Shown: positions 19,572-28,471 of the stretch, one piece after another | Layout: each line of letters starts with the position of its first letter | Position numbering within the stretch: position 1 is the stretch's first letter | Assembly: GCA_007376285.1 (NCBI GenBank) | Contig: VMFZ01000001.1 | Span: forward strand, 11,033-75,032 | Length of the DNA: 64,000 nt | Direction of reading: 5' to 3' | From: Parcubacteria group bacterium Gr01-1014_17 | Lineage (GTDB): Bacteria > Patescibacteriota > Minisyncoccia > Phycocordibacterales > UBA10002 | Position numbers and translations under genes: made by a program | Notes under the pieces: generated by a model | The model's database searches: none | Seen by the model: the letters and a program-made list of their open reading frames with translations, nothing else | What the model was told of the DNA's origin: nothing

Positions 19572-20825
19572 TTACGGGAGGTGAAATGTTTTTAGAAATT
19601 CATTTACCGATACAATCCGCACAGTGTCGCTTGTTCGCTTTTTTATTTCAACCTTTCCAGCCGGCGTTTTCTCTGATATCACGGCGCGGAACGGAATGCC
19701 GATGAGGTCGGCATCCGCAAACTTTTCGCCGGCGCGCGCGTCGCGGTCGTCGTAAAGTGTTTCAATACCGGCTTTTTGAAGTTTTTCGTAAAGCGCATCC
19801 GCATCCTTCCCTGCTTTGCTCTTTCCTGCACCAGCGAGAGAAACAAGATGCACCGAAAATGGCGCGATACTCTCGGGCCACACAATTCCTTTTTCGTCTG
19901 AAAATAATTCAACGGCAACACCCATTGTCCGCCCCGGTCCAATACCGTAACTTCCCATAAACACGGACATCTCTTTCCCCGTCTCGTCGCGGTACTGCAA
20001 ACCAAGCGCATCGGAAAACCTCGTGCCTAGCGTAAAGATATTGCCAACTTCAACCGCCTTCTCGCGCGCAAACTGTGCGTTCCCGCACTGAGGGCATGCT
20101 GTTTGTTCTGTAATAATCTCGTCATTCACCGCAATGCGGCACTTTTCGCACAGATGTATCGCGTCTTCTCCTGCGGCGCAGATGGTCTGAAACTCGTGCG
20201 AATATTTACTAAATGAACCACCGGAGGCGAAGGTAAGAACTGTCTTTTCTCCAATCCCGATGCGCTTGAAAATAGCGTGATATGCTTTTTTTACCTGTTC
20301 GTAAAAAGGCATATGCTCGGCTTCGTTTTTGCTAAACGAATATAAGTCCTTCATCAAGAATTCTCTTCCTCGGATAATGCCGCTCCGTGCGCGCAGTTCG
20401 TTCCGAAACTTCACCTGAAATTGGTACGGATATTTCGGGAGGTCTTTATAAGAAGAAATATGGTCACGCATGAGCGCGGTCAGCGGCTCCTCGTGCGTAA
20501 ACGCAAGCCCTGTCTCCGCGCCTCCTTTGAGTTCGGTTTTGAACCACGAATCCACCGCGCGCTCGTCCCAGCGACCTGTCTTTTCCCACACCGCCTTGTC
20601 TTGCAGGGCGGAAAGAAAGAGTTCCTGTCCGCCAATCGCATTAATTTCTTCGCGAATAATTCCGATAATTTTATTCAGCACGCGAAATCCAAGCGGTAAA
20701 TATGAATACACGCCTGCCATTTCTTTATGAATAAACCCCGCGCGAATCAAAAGTTTCGCGTTTTGCGACACTTCGTCTTTCGGCGCATCACGCCGCGTCT
20801 TGGTAAAAAGAAATGATTGCTTCAT
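19572..20825 (-). CDS. proS: proline--tRNA ligase, short bacterial type lacking the INS editing domain
   Basis: 417 aa; class II motifs; a Cys4 insert (CEKC...CPQC) sits where the editing domain normally is. Confidence 0.88.
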   Translation of the reverse strand: MKQSFLFTKTRRDAPKDEVSQNAKLLIRAGFIHKEMAGVYSYLPLGFRVLNKIIGIIREEINAIGGQELFLSALQDKAVWEKTGRWDERAVDSWFKTELKGGAETGLAFTHEEPLTALMRDHISSYKDLPKYPYQFQVKFRNELRARSGIIRGREFLMKDLYSFSKNEAEHMPFYEQVKKAYHAIFKRIGIGEKTVLTFASGGSFSKYSHEFQTICAAGEDAIHLCEKCRIAVNDEIITEQTACPQCGNAQFAREKAVEVGNIFTLGTRFSDALGLQYRDETGKEMSVFMGSYGIGPGRTMGVAVELFSDEKGIVWPESIAPFSVHLVSLAGAGKSKAGKDADALYEKLQKAGIETLYDDRDARAGEKFADADLIGIPFRAVISEKTPAGKVEIKKRTSDTVRIVSVNEFLKTFHLP

Positions 20826-20846
20826 TTTTTACAGTATAACCTGTTT

Positions 20847-20917
20847 TGGACCATGGGAGAATCGGACTCCCGTCCCCCGGATGCAAACCGGGTGCACTAC
20901 CACTATGCTAATGGCCC
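20847..20917 (-). tRNA. tRNA-Ala (anticodon UGC)
   Basis: cloverleaf GGGCCAT..TTTGCAT anticodon loop..ATGGTCC with G3:U70 identity pair; T-loop reads TCCGATT (C at position 55); no encoded CCA. Confidence 0.7.
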
Positions 20918-20921
20918 TTAT

Positions 20922-21902
20922 TCACTTCCCCGCTACCGCCAAATCTAGCACATGTTCCAGAAACTCGGAAAGCGACGAACCGACGGCCGTAAGCGACTTC
21001 GGCAAGAGCGATTCGGGAGTGAGCCCAGGTAGCGTATTTACTTCAAGAAAATACATACCGCGGCGCTGGTGGAGTATAAAGTCAGAACGCGAATAATGGC
21101 GCAAACCGAGCGTTCGGTGGACATGCGCCGCCACCTTCTGCAATTCCGCGCTCTCTTCTGCCGTGAATCTTCCTGGGCAAATTTCTTGCGACTGTCCGCC
21201 GTACTTCGCATCATAATCAAAAAACTGCGAGCCCTCTGCCGGCACAATCTCAATCGGAAGCAAAGAATATAGTTCTTGTCCGCGGAATCCTTCCACCACG
21301 CCGACCGTCGCCTCTTTGCCAACAATATATTCCTCAACGAGCGCCGTGTCGGACACCGCGAACGCGCGCTCCAGCGCATCCGCAATTTCTTGTACGGTGC
21401 GCACGATTGATACGCCAACCGAGGAGCCAAGCCCCACTGGTTTTATAACCGAGGGCTGTGGAAACGAACGATGAAGCGCAACCGCGCTATCCCCCACTGT
21501 ATCTCCACGATACAAAACGCGCCACACTGGAGTTTTCACTCCATATTTCTCAAGCACTGATTTTGCAAACGATTTTTGCATCGCGAGGCGCGATGCAAAC
21601 CTACCCGAGCCGGTGTAGCGCGCGCCGAATGCGTCCAGTATCTCCTGCACACCGCCATCCTCTCCCCACTCCCCATGGAGAGCATTAAATGCAACACCGG
21701 CGTTGCGCAAAATCACTTCTGGTCGGCGCGCAAGCCCATTTTCATACCATACGCCAGCGCGGTCTATAAACACATCAAAGGGCTCAAAGCGCTCGCGCGG
21801 AATGTGCGCGAGCGCCGCGGCGCCGGTTTTAAGCGACACTTCGTATTCAGAAGACGGCCCGCCGCGCAGTACCGCGACGCGTATTTTCTCGCTCTCGTGC
21901 AT
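20922..21902 (-). CDS. ddl: D-alanine--D-alanine ligase
   Basis: IRVAVLRGGPSSEYEVS N-domain and ATP-grasp core; start set at Met21, the first 20 codons of the ORF are palindrome-derived. Confidence 0.88.
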   Translation of the reverse strand: MHESEKIRVAVLRGGPSSEYEVSLKTGAAALAHIPRERFEPFDVFIDRAGVWYENGLARRPEVILRNAGVAFNALHGEWGEDGGVQEILDAFGARYTGSGRFASRLAMQKSFAKSVLEKYGVKTPVWRVLYRGDTVGDSAVALHRSFPQPSVIKPVGLGSSVGVSIVRTVQEIADALERAFAVSDTALVEEYIVGKEATVGVVEGFRGQELYSLLPIEIVPAEGSQFFDYDAKYGGQSQEICPGRFTAEESAELQKVAAHVHRTLGLRHYSRSDFILHQRRGMYFLEVNTLPGLTPESLLPKSLTAVGSSLSEFLEHVLDLAVAGK

Positions 21903-21923
21903 AGCGCCATTATACAAGAAAAA

Positions 21924-21960
21924 GGCACCCGATGTTTGCCGCCTATCAACATCGGGTGCC
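21924..21960. repeat. family-H short palindrome GGCACCCGATGTTTGCCGCCTATCAACATCGGGTGCC in the ddl/MFS divergent region
   Basis: perfect inverted arms read in the sequence. Confidence 0.7.
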
Positions 21961-21984
21961 ATACCGCTATGCTACAATATATAC

Positions 21985-23151
21985 ATGCAGAACACAGTGA
22001 AAAAAGCGGGCGTGTTTTTTCCTTTCTATCTTTTGGCGTTCGTGTTTACGCTCCATGTCGCCTCCCCCGCCTATATCAATTCCACTTTTCTTTCCGGAAA
22101 AATCGGCCAGGGTTCAGTTGGTTTGATTTATGCTGGAGCATCCGCAGTAACTCTTATTGCATTTTTCTTTATCGGCTCGCTTCTCAAAAAGCGCGGCGAC
22201 TACGACTTGACGCTCACATTGATGGCGCTTGACTTTATGGCGACCATCGGGCTCGCCGCGCTCAAACACCCATACGCGATTATCGCCGCATTTGCCGTGA
22301 ACTTCATTACTATTTCCTTGATTGCCTTTGATTTTGATTTGCTTCTTGAGAGCTTTTCCAAAAACAGCCGCACGGGGACACTACGCGGCAACTACCTCAC
22401 GGTCGCAAACTTGGGATGGATCGCGGCTCCGGCGATTGCCGGACTCGCGCTTAAAAACGGCGATTATTGGCGCATCTATCTTATCTCTCTTATATTTTTG
22501 CTCGTCGCTTTCGTCATTTTCAGAAAATTCTTCAGGGGCTTTGAAGACCCCGAGTACAAAGCATTGCCATTTTTCGCTACTTTGCGCGCGATTGTGCGAA
22601 AGCGTAATATCCGGTTGATTTTCGGCGCCTCATTCGTCTTGCAATTTTTCTTCGCGCTTATGGTCATCTACACTCCACTCTACTTGCACGACTACATCGG
22701 CTTCGGCTGGCAAGACATTGGTATTATGTTTTCAATTATGCTTTTGCCCTTCCTTCTTTTGGAAGGGCCGCTCGGAAGAATTGCGGACAAGTGGCTCGGT
22801 GAGAAAGAATTCCTTGCCGCTGGGTTTGTAATCACCGCAGTCGCGACCGCGCTCATTGCATTTCTGCGTGAGCCCTCGTTTATCCTCTGGACGAGCGTGT
22901 TATTCGCGACGCGCGTCGGCGCATCAATGATAGAAGTGATGAGCGAGACCTACTTTTTCAAGAAAATAAGCGCGGGCGACGCGGATGTCGTCGCTTTCTT
23001 CCGCGCCGTGCGACCATCAGCGTATGTCGTCGCGCCTGCATTCGCGGCGCTCTTGCTCTCTTTTATTTCGCTCTCGCACCTATTCCTTGCGCTCGCCGTA
23101 ATCGTACTCGCCGGGCTTGCGTTTACGATTCCACTGAAAGATACTAAGTGA
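21985..23151 (+). CDS. MFS transporter
   Basis: about 12 TM segments. Extended -10 TGCTACAAT lies 7 nt upstream of the ATG, suggesting a leaderless mRNA. The 482-aa ORF upstream part is antisense to ddl. Confidence 0.78.
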   Translation: MQNTVKKAGVFFPFYLLAFVFTLHVASPAYINSTFLSGKIGQGSVGLIYAGASAVTLIAFFFIGSLLKKRGDYDLTLTLMALDFMATIGLAALKHPYAIIAAFAVNFITISLIAFDFDLLLESFSKNSRTGTLRGNYLTVANLGWIAAPAIAGLALKNGDYWRIYLISLIFLLVAFVIFRKFFRGFEDPEYKALPFFATLRAIVRKRNIRLIFGASFVLQFFFALMVIYTPLYLHDYIGFGWQDIGIMFSIMLLPFLLLEGPLGRIADKWLGEKEFLAAGFVITAVATALIAFLREPSFILWTSVLFATRVGASMIEVMSETYFFKKISAGDADVVAFFRAVRPSAYVVAPAFAALLLSFISLSHLFLALAVIVLAGLAFTIPLKDTK

Positions 23152-23228
23152 ACATTACTGCCACACCCCCTCTCCCCGACTATCGTCGGGGCTTCTCCCA
23201 CTTATCAAGGGGGAGATTAGGTCAGCCA

Positions 23229-23263
23229 GGCACCAGATGTCTGCAATTTAGACATCTGGTGCC
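23229..23263 (+). terminator. hairpin GGCACCAGATGTCTGCAATTTAGACATCTGGTGCC followed by TTTTAT (family-H variant) after the MFS gene
   Basis: perfect 14-bp arms plus T-run. Confidence 0.55.
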
Positions 23264-23381
23264 TTTTATGCAAAGTAATTGAAAAACACGAACGCTGCGG
23301 CAACTGCTACAACTATCGCGAGTCCGATTTCTAGAGTTTTCTTATTCATGGCTCTATTATCTGACAGTACGACGAAATGCG

Positions 23382-23951
23382 CTACTCGCGGGTGTTGATA
23401 ACAAAATTGTATTTCTTCAGCGACTGGCGGCGCGTGCGCCAATCGGGAATGAGTTGCTCCACTAGCGCCCAAAAGGCGGACGAATGGTTATGCTCTCTGC
23501 AGTGCGCCGTTTCGTGCGCAACAATATATTCAAACAACTCGTCCGGAAGCGCGCGCAAGGAGTCGCTAAACGATAACGCACCGCGGGCAGAGCAGCTCCC
23601 AAATCGGCTCCGCATAATTCGGACTTTAAATTGCGGGGTTGGTATGTTTAGCGACCGCGCGGCGCGCTCAACAGCGTCGGCAAGTTTCTTTTCTAAAAAA
23701 CCGCGTTCTGAATAGGTTGCGGCAGGCAATGCAATCGGTTTCGGTAAGCGCGAAAAATACGAGACCGCGCGCGCGATGCGGCGCGCTCTCTCCTTAAAAA
23801 ATGTCTCAACGGCGTTTTCCGAAAACCGCGCAGGCGCGGTAACAAAAATCTCTCCGCCTGCGCGTACCATAACAGAAATCCTCCGCGCCCGCGCCGTTCT
23901 CCGGAGCGCGTACGCAAATACTCCCGCACTCGTTTGAATTTCGTACTGCAT
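23382..23951 (-). CDS. YgjP-like metal-dependent hydrolase (DUF45/M48-like HExxH)
   Basis: YIVAHETAHCREHNHSSAFWALVEQLIPDW matches the DUF45 signature; start at Met20 because the ORF extension runs through a tRNA. Confidence 0.75.
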   Translation of the reverse strand: MQYEIQTSAGVFAYALRRTARARRISVMVRAGGEIFVTAPARFSENAVETFFKERARRIARAVSYFSRLPKPIALPAATYSERGFLEKKLADAVERAARSLNIPTPQFKVRIMRSRFGSCSARGALSFSDSLRALPDELFEYIVAHETAHCREHNHSSAFWALVEQLIPDWRTRRQSLKKYNFVINTRE

Positions 23952-24022
23952 TCGGGCTGCCGGGAATTGAACCCGGGTCTCATGACCCCCAGCCATGAAT
24001 AATACCATTATACGACAGCCCG
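23952..24022 (-). tRNA. tRNA-Pro (anticodon GGG)
   Basis: CGGGCTG acceptor with C1:G72, anticodon loop CTGGGGG, canonical T-loop TTCAATT. Its 3' end directly abuts the start codon of the downstream CDS. Confidence 0.75.
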
Positions 24023-24027
24023 ATAAT

Positions 24028-24894
24028 TTACCGCGAAGCGGATTTTATCCTTTCCACCGCCGATTTCAAGAGCGTTGATGGTAGGTAGCGGCTTTTCTCA
24101 TAACGAAACGGACCGGCGTTGATGCCTATCACTTCGCCTGTCAAATTTACCAAAACCGTTCCCGACAAAGACGAAGCCGCCTCGCGGTCAGTGTAAATCG
24201 CGGTAACGGATTTGTCTGGTGTTTCTTTTTGCGCCAGATTGGCGACAATGCCAGTCGCCACGGCGTTGTCTTTTTCTCCGCCGATGGAGATGACGGTCTG
24301 CCCGAGCTTCATTTTATCTGCATCGCCAAATTCCGCTGGCGTGATGTCCAGTGCCGTATTCGCAGGCGAAATTGCGGAAAAAAGCGAGATGCCGCTTTCT
24401 TCGTCAATGCCAATAAATTTAAGTTCAGCGACTGCACCGCCAGAAAGCATCGCCAAAAAACTGCGAGGAATCGCGCTCCCGTATGCGTCAAACTGCCGTT
24501 CCAGAACCCCTGCATCAGCCGCAATAAGCCCATCTTTTGAAATCACGATGCCGATTCCCACGAGCACTTCGTTGCGCTTGTCGCCGACACCCTCCACGCG
24601 CTTCACGCGTACGATGCTTTTCGCATTTTTCTCAATCGCGGCAACCGCAAGATCGTCGGAACGCACTATGACTGTTTCTTTAGTCACAATCGATGCCTTC
24701 TGGCTGTCGGCTGGAACCACGCGCTCTACCGTCTTTTCAATTACGCGATTAATGGTTTGCGTCATTGTCTTCGGCGCATCCTCCATAAGCGAAACCGTCA
24801 CGATGCCGGTCGCAATGGAAGTGACGAATGAAAGAAGAAGCGCAAGAAGTACGAGTTGCTGTTTAGTAAGACCTTCCATAATTGCATATATCAT
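24028..24894 (-). CDS. membrane-anchored trypsin-like (HtrA-like S1) peptidase-domain protein
   Basis: LVNLTGEVIGIN resembles the HtrA GNSGGxLVNxxGExIGIN block; the catalytic His is not evident (LIAADAGV). Confidence 0.45.
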   Translation of the reverse strand: MIYAIMEGLTKQQLVLLALLLSFVTSIATGIVTVSLMEDAPKTMTQTINRVIEKTVERVVPADSQKASIVTKETVIVRSDDLAVAAIEKNAKSIVRVKRVEGVGDKRNEVLVGIGIVISKDGLIAADAGVLERQFDAYGSAIPRSFLAMLSGGAVAELKFIGIDEESGISLFSAISPANTALDITPAEFGDADKMKLGQTVISIGGEKDNAVATGIVANLAQKETPDKSVTAIYTDREAASSLSGTVLVNLTGEVIGINAGPFRYEKSRYLPSTLLKSAVERIKSASR

Positions 24895-24921
24895 ACACTA
24901 TCGCCTTTTTTTCTGAAATGC

Positions 24922-24950
24922 TTGACGACTCATAAGTGCTATGCTATGCT
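24922..24950 (+). promoter_or_regulatory. sigma-70-type promoter TTGACG-N17-(TGC)TATGCT upstream of the REC gene
   Basis: -35/-10 hexamers with a TG-extended -10; same architecture recurs at 28434, 46593, 48065 and 50260. Confidence 0.45.
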
Positions 24951-24997
24951 TTGTCATAGAAAAACAACAGCTAACTGTTGGCTGTAGAAAGGTAAAA

Positions 24998-25384
24998 ATG
25001 TCCAAAAAAATCTTGATTATTGATGATGACCGAGAGCTTGCGGAATTGTTTGGAGGATTTTTGCAAACATTCGGCTATCCGCCTCCATGTTATGCTGGCG
25101 ACGGTCGCGAAGGATTGTTCCGCCTTGAAAGAGATGAAAGCATTTCACTGGTAATAACCGACCTTGAAATGCCAAATCTGAATGGTCAGGAGTTTATTAA
25201 CGCATGCCGGAACCTGTATCCAGATAAAAAGATCATCCTTATGAGCGGCGAGTTCTTTCCAGACGACGACCTTATCGCGACTGCAAAGCGATACAGTGCT
25301 GACGCCGTACTCCCAAAACCGTTCCTGCCGCACAAGGTCTTGGATGCGCTCACTATTGCGGGTGTTAGTCCAAAAATGTTTTAG
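24998..25384 (+). CDS. single-domain response regulator (CheY-like receiver)
   Basis: ILIIDDD..DLEMPNLNG..KPF receiver signature; 128 aa from ATG at 24998. Confidence 0.8.
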   Translation: MSKKILIIDDDRELAELFGGFLQTFGYPPPCYAGDGREGLFRLERDESISLVITDLEMPNLNGQEFINACRNLYPDKKIILMSGEFFPDDDLIATAKRYSADAVLPKPFLPHKVLDALTIAGVSPKMF

Positions 25385-25432
25385 TGAGCGTTCCAGTGCC
25401 GAAACCAGCCGATCTCACAATCGGCTGGTTTT

Positions 25433-26260
25433 TTATTTCAACTTCGCCTCGCGGAGCACGATTTGTATTTCATTCACAATTTCGTCAAGCGAAGCGGTCG
25501 CTTTGATTAAAAAGCGGTTTGCGCCGAGCTGTTTTCCTTTATCAATATCGCTTTTCTGTCCTAGATTGGAAAGAAGAATCACCGGAAGCGCCTTGGTTTC
25601 TGGTTTTGCGCGAATCTGCCGGAGCACTTCAAACCCGTCCTGACCGGGAAGGAGAATATCAAGAAGCACTATGTCAGATTTTTCATTCCGCAGGGATTCA
25701 AACGCCTCGCCACTGTCCGTTGCATGCAAAAGTTTCGCGCCAGCGCCCGAGAGCTTGCGCACCAAAATATCATGGAGGAACGCATCGTCCTCAACCACAA
25801 GCACGGCTTTGCCGGATAGACTGTCCCCTGCTGTTGTGTCCACTTTTTTCTCTTCACTATCTATTTCCACCGTATGGCTTGCGCCCGTGCGGTCAAGCTG
25901 AAGCCGGATTTTCGCGAGTACCTCTTCTGGGCTAAACTGCGCCTTAACGATGTAATCGCGCACGCCGAGTGACAGCGCGCGGTTAATCTCTACCGGTTGT
26001 CCGGAGTTGGAAATGATAATAGTCGGAATGGAAGCAATACCTGCGTCATTCACCTTTTCTTCCAGAATTTCGTACCCGCCCATGGTCGGAAGCACGATAT
26101 CTAAAAGAAGCAAATCGGGCTTCATTTCCCGGAGCTTTTTCAAGCCCTCGCCGCCGTCGCGCGTGAGCGCGACGGTGTACCCTTCGCCTTTGAGCTTCTG
26201 GACAAGCACATCGCCCAAAAACACATCGTCTTCAATAATCAAAATTCGTTGATTCGCCAT
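25433..26260 (-). CDS. response regulator with two tandem receiver domains
   Basis: two REC modules (ILIIEDD..LLLDIVLP and VLVVEDD..VLLDILLP), no output domain. Confidence 0.8.
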   Translation of the reverse strand: MANQRILIIEDDVFLGDVLVQKLKGEGYTVALTRDGGEGLKKLREMKPDLLLLDIVLPTMGGYEILEEKVNDAGIASIPTIIISNSGQPVEINRALSLGVRDYIVKAQFSPEEVLAKIRLQLDRTGASHTVEIDSEEKKVDTTAGDSLSGKAVLVVEDDAFLHDILVRKLSGAGAKLLHATDSGEAFESLRNEKSDIVLLDILLPGQDGFEVLRQIRAKPETKALPVILLSNLGQKSDIDKGKQLGANRFLIKATASLDEIVNEIQIVLREAKLK

Positions 26261-26274
26261 AATAAAAATAAGAA

Positions 26275-27147
26275 TTAATGTTTAGCGGTGTTTGAAAACG
26301 GAATCGTAAAATAAAACGAGCTTCCGTGCCCCGTACCTTCGCTTTCAAACCAAATCCTGCCGCCGTGTTTCTCTACAATCGTTTTTGCAATGAAAAGCCC
26401 GAGTCCCGAGCCGTTCGTTTCTGCCTTCACGGCATTCTTTGCGCGGAAAAGCCGGTTGAAAATATATGGCTGCTGCTCCTTCGGAATCCCGATGCCGTTG
26501 TCCGCAACCGTAAACTCAATTTCTTTTTCGCGCGCCTCAACCGCGAGGCGAATAAGGCCCCCTTCCATTGTATACGCGATAGCATTCTCCAGCAAATTCT
26601 GGAACACGACACGCATGCGCTCAGGGTCTGCGGAAACAGGCGGCAGTGTTGTCGGACGCTTTTCAAAACGTATCGCAAGCTTTTTTTTATTTGCCTGCGG
26701 AAGCACTTCGTAGAGCACCTTATCAAGGAGATCCAAAAGGTTTGTCGGCGTAAACATAAACAAGAACCGACCCGATTCAATGCGGTCCGCAGAAAGCATG
26801 TCATTGATAAGAAGAATCATGCGCTCGGTGCTCTCGTACGCTTTCATTAAAAATGTTTTCTGCTCATTGCCGAGTTTGCCAAGCTCGCCACTCACGAGCA
26901 TGTCAATCGCCCATTTAATTGCGGAAAGCGGCGTGCGAAGCTGGTGCGCCGCGACCGATACGAATTCGCTCTTCAGGCGGTCAAGCTCGCGGAGCTCTTC
27001 GTTTGCGAGCGACAGCTTAAAATCGCGCTGGACAAGGCCTTTGGCGATTTTGTCCAGCTCCGCGAGTGCCCCCTTCTGCGCTTCAAGCGCCGCACGGCAT
27101 TTCGCGAGTTCTCGCCGAAGCGTTTCGTTTTCTGAAGAAGCAGTCAT
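26275..27147 (-). CDS. cytoplasmic sensor histidine kinase (HisKA + HATPase_c)
   Basis: H-box AAHQLRTPLSAI; N, G1 and G2 boxes (GGRIWFESEGTGHGSSF); no TM segments. Confidence 0.85.
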   Translation of the reverse strand: MTASSENETLRRELAKCRAALEAQKGALAELDKIAKGLVQRDFKLSLANEELRELDRLKSEFVSVAAHQLRTPLSAIKWAIDMLVSGELGKLGNEQKTFLMKAYESTERMILLINDMLSADRIESGRFLFMFTPTNLLDLLDKVLYEVLPQANKKKLAIRFEKRPTTLPPVSADPERMRVVFQNLLENAIAYTMEGGLIRLAVEAREKEIEFTVADNGIGIPKEQQPYIFNRLFRAKNAVKAETNGSGLGLFIAKTIVEKHGGRIWFESEGTGHGSSFYFTIPFSNTAKH

Positions 27148-27149
27148 GT

Positions 27150-28340
27150 TTAATCACCCACGACGACAAGAGTCATTGTTTCGTTGTGGAAGTAAGCTGG
27201 TGTTCCTTTTTTACCGAGGAGCGGCCCCTGCTCGCCGTAGGTGTAAAAGCCGATCATAGGAACCTCGTTACCGATAATCGTATTCACAGCGTCGTTTTCT
27301 TCATGACAACGCACACCGAGCAACTTGTTGCGCGCCATACAGTTGAACATAAGGATGAACCGCGGAATCGCCCCTTCCAACTGCTCTTTCGCGCGCTCCG
27401 CCGCCCATTTAGCGGCACCAATCGCCTTTTCGCGGTCACCAATCATGAGGCGGATAGAAGAACCTTCCGGAATTTTTGCCGCAACCGTAATCTCGCCTTT
27501 CTCGTTAGCGACGACCGGATCGCGGATAAGGAATTCGTCACTCCCTTCAACCGCCATACCGAGAGGATAGGTGTATGCCATGCGCGCCAAGGGTTCCTTC
27601 ACGAGTTCGCTCGCCTCTTTGCCGAAATAACCTTCGTATACTGCGAGCGCCGGTTTTCCATCAATTTCTTTAATCACAGCCCCTTCCGCTTTCGTTACCT
27701 TAAGCGGCAAACCGACTGGCTCCCAACCGTGGCGTATGCCGAAGCCGTAGGAAAATTTCCCCGCCATACCAATGCCAACCACCGCATCCGTAAACACCTG
27801 GTCTCCGTAATACTCAAAGGTTTTTTTAAACAGGTAGTCGTCACCTGCCGAGCCGCCGATAATCGGAAAGTTCTCGCCTAACACCGACTGCGCGCCGCGC
27901 ACGATTTCTGCGCCATCTCCCGTCATGCCGTCCGGAATCATAAAAAAGAGTCCGATTTTCTCCTTGCCCGCGGCTTTGAGCACTGCTTTTGCCGCATCCG
28001 CCCCTGCTTTGGAACTGTTTTTTGACACTCCTTCGCCGTAGCCCGTGAAAAACCGCACGGACGGTGCAGCAGTAATTGCCATCGCATTTACTGCGTCAAA
28101 TTCGGTTGCCCATGAGGTAATTTCCCCTGCCGCGCTTCCGCCAACCACAAATGCGCCTCCCGCTGCCTTGTTCGCGCCCTTAAGCACTGCTTCTTGGTCG
28201 TATTTAATGGAAGAAAAAACAAACACAATATCCGGCTTCCGCTCCCCAAGTTTTGAAGCCGCTTCTGCGACAGCCTCGTAACCGGCATCAAAATGACTGC
28301 CGAGATTTTTTGACATGCCCACGCCTGCTTGTATTGACAT
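27150..28340 (-). CDS. FIST-domain signal-transduction sensor protein
   Basis: 396 aa with the FIST_N/FIST_C architecture; C-terminal GFYTYGE motif; immediately upstream of the HK. Confidence 0.7.
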   Translation of the reverse strand: MSIQAGVGMSKNLGSHFDAGYEAVAEAASKLGERKPDIVFVFSSIKYDQEAVLKGANKAAGGAFVVGGSAAGEITSWATEFDAVNAMAITAAPSVRFFTGYGEGVSKNSSKAGADAAKAVLKAAGKEKIGLFFMIPDGMTGDGAEIVRGAQSVLGENFPIIGGSAGDDYLFKKTFEYYGDQVFTDAVVGIGMAGKFSYGFGIRHGWEPVGLPLKVTKAEGAVIKEIDGKPALAVYEGYFGKEASELVKEPLARMAYTYPLGMAVEGSDEFLIRDPVVANEKGEITVAAKIPEGSSIRLMIGDREKAIGAAKWAAERAKEQLEGAIPRFILMFNCMARNKLLGVRCHEENDAVNTIIGNEVPMIGFYTYGEQGPLLGKKGTPAYFHNETMTLVVVGD

Positions 28341-28433
28341 AAAAGAATAGAGGGATTAGAGAATAAGCAGTAGTATAACAAAAAATGGGTACGCGGGCTA
28401 CAACCATTGTGCATAAACCAAAACACACCTCAT

Positions 28434-28471
28434 TTGCCAAACATTCGGCTTCTTTCTACAATAGAGCAATG
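28434..28471 (+). promoter_or_regulatory. promoter TTGCCA-N17-TACAAT ending 6 nt before the LOG ATG (leaderless-type start)
   Basis: hexamers read in the sequence. Confidence 0.4.

Noticed and set aside
23952-24008. Upstream extension of the YgjP-like ORF (208 aa)
   Set aside because: It runs straight through a well-formed tRNA-Pro; the start was moved to Met20.
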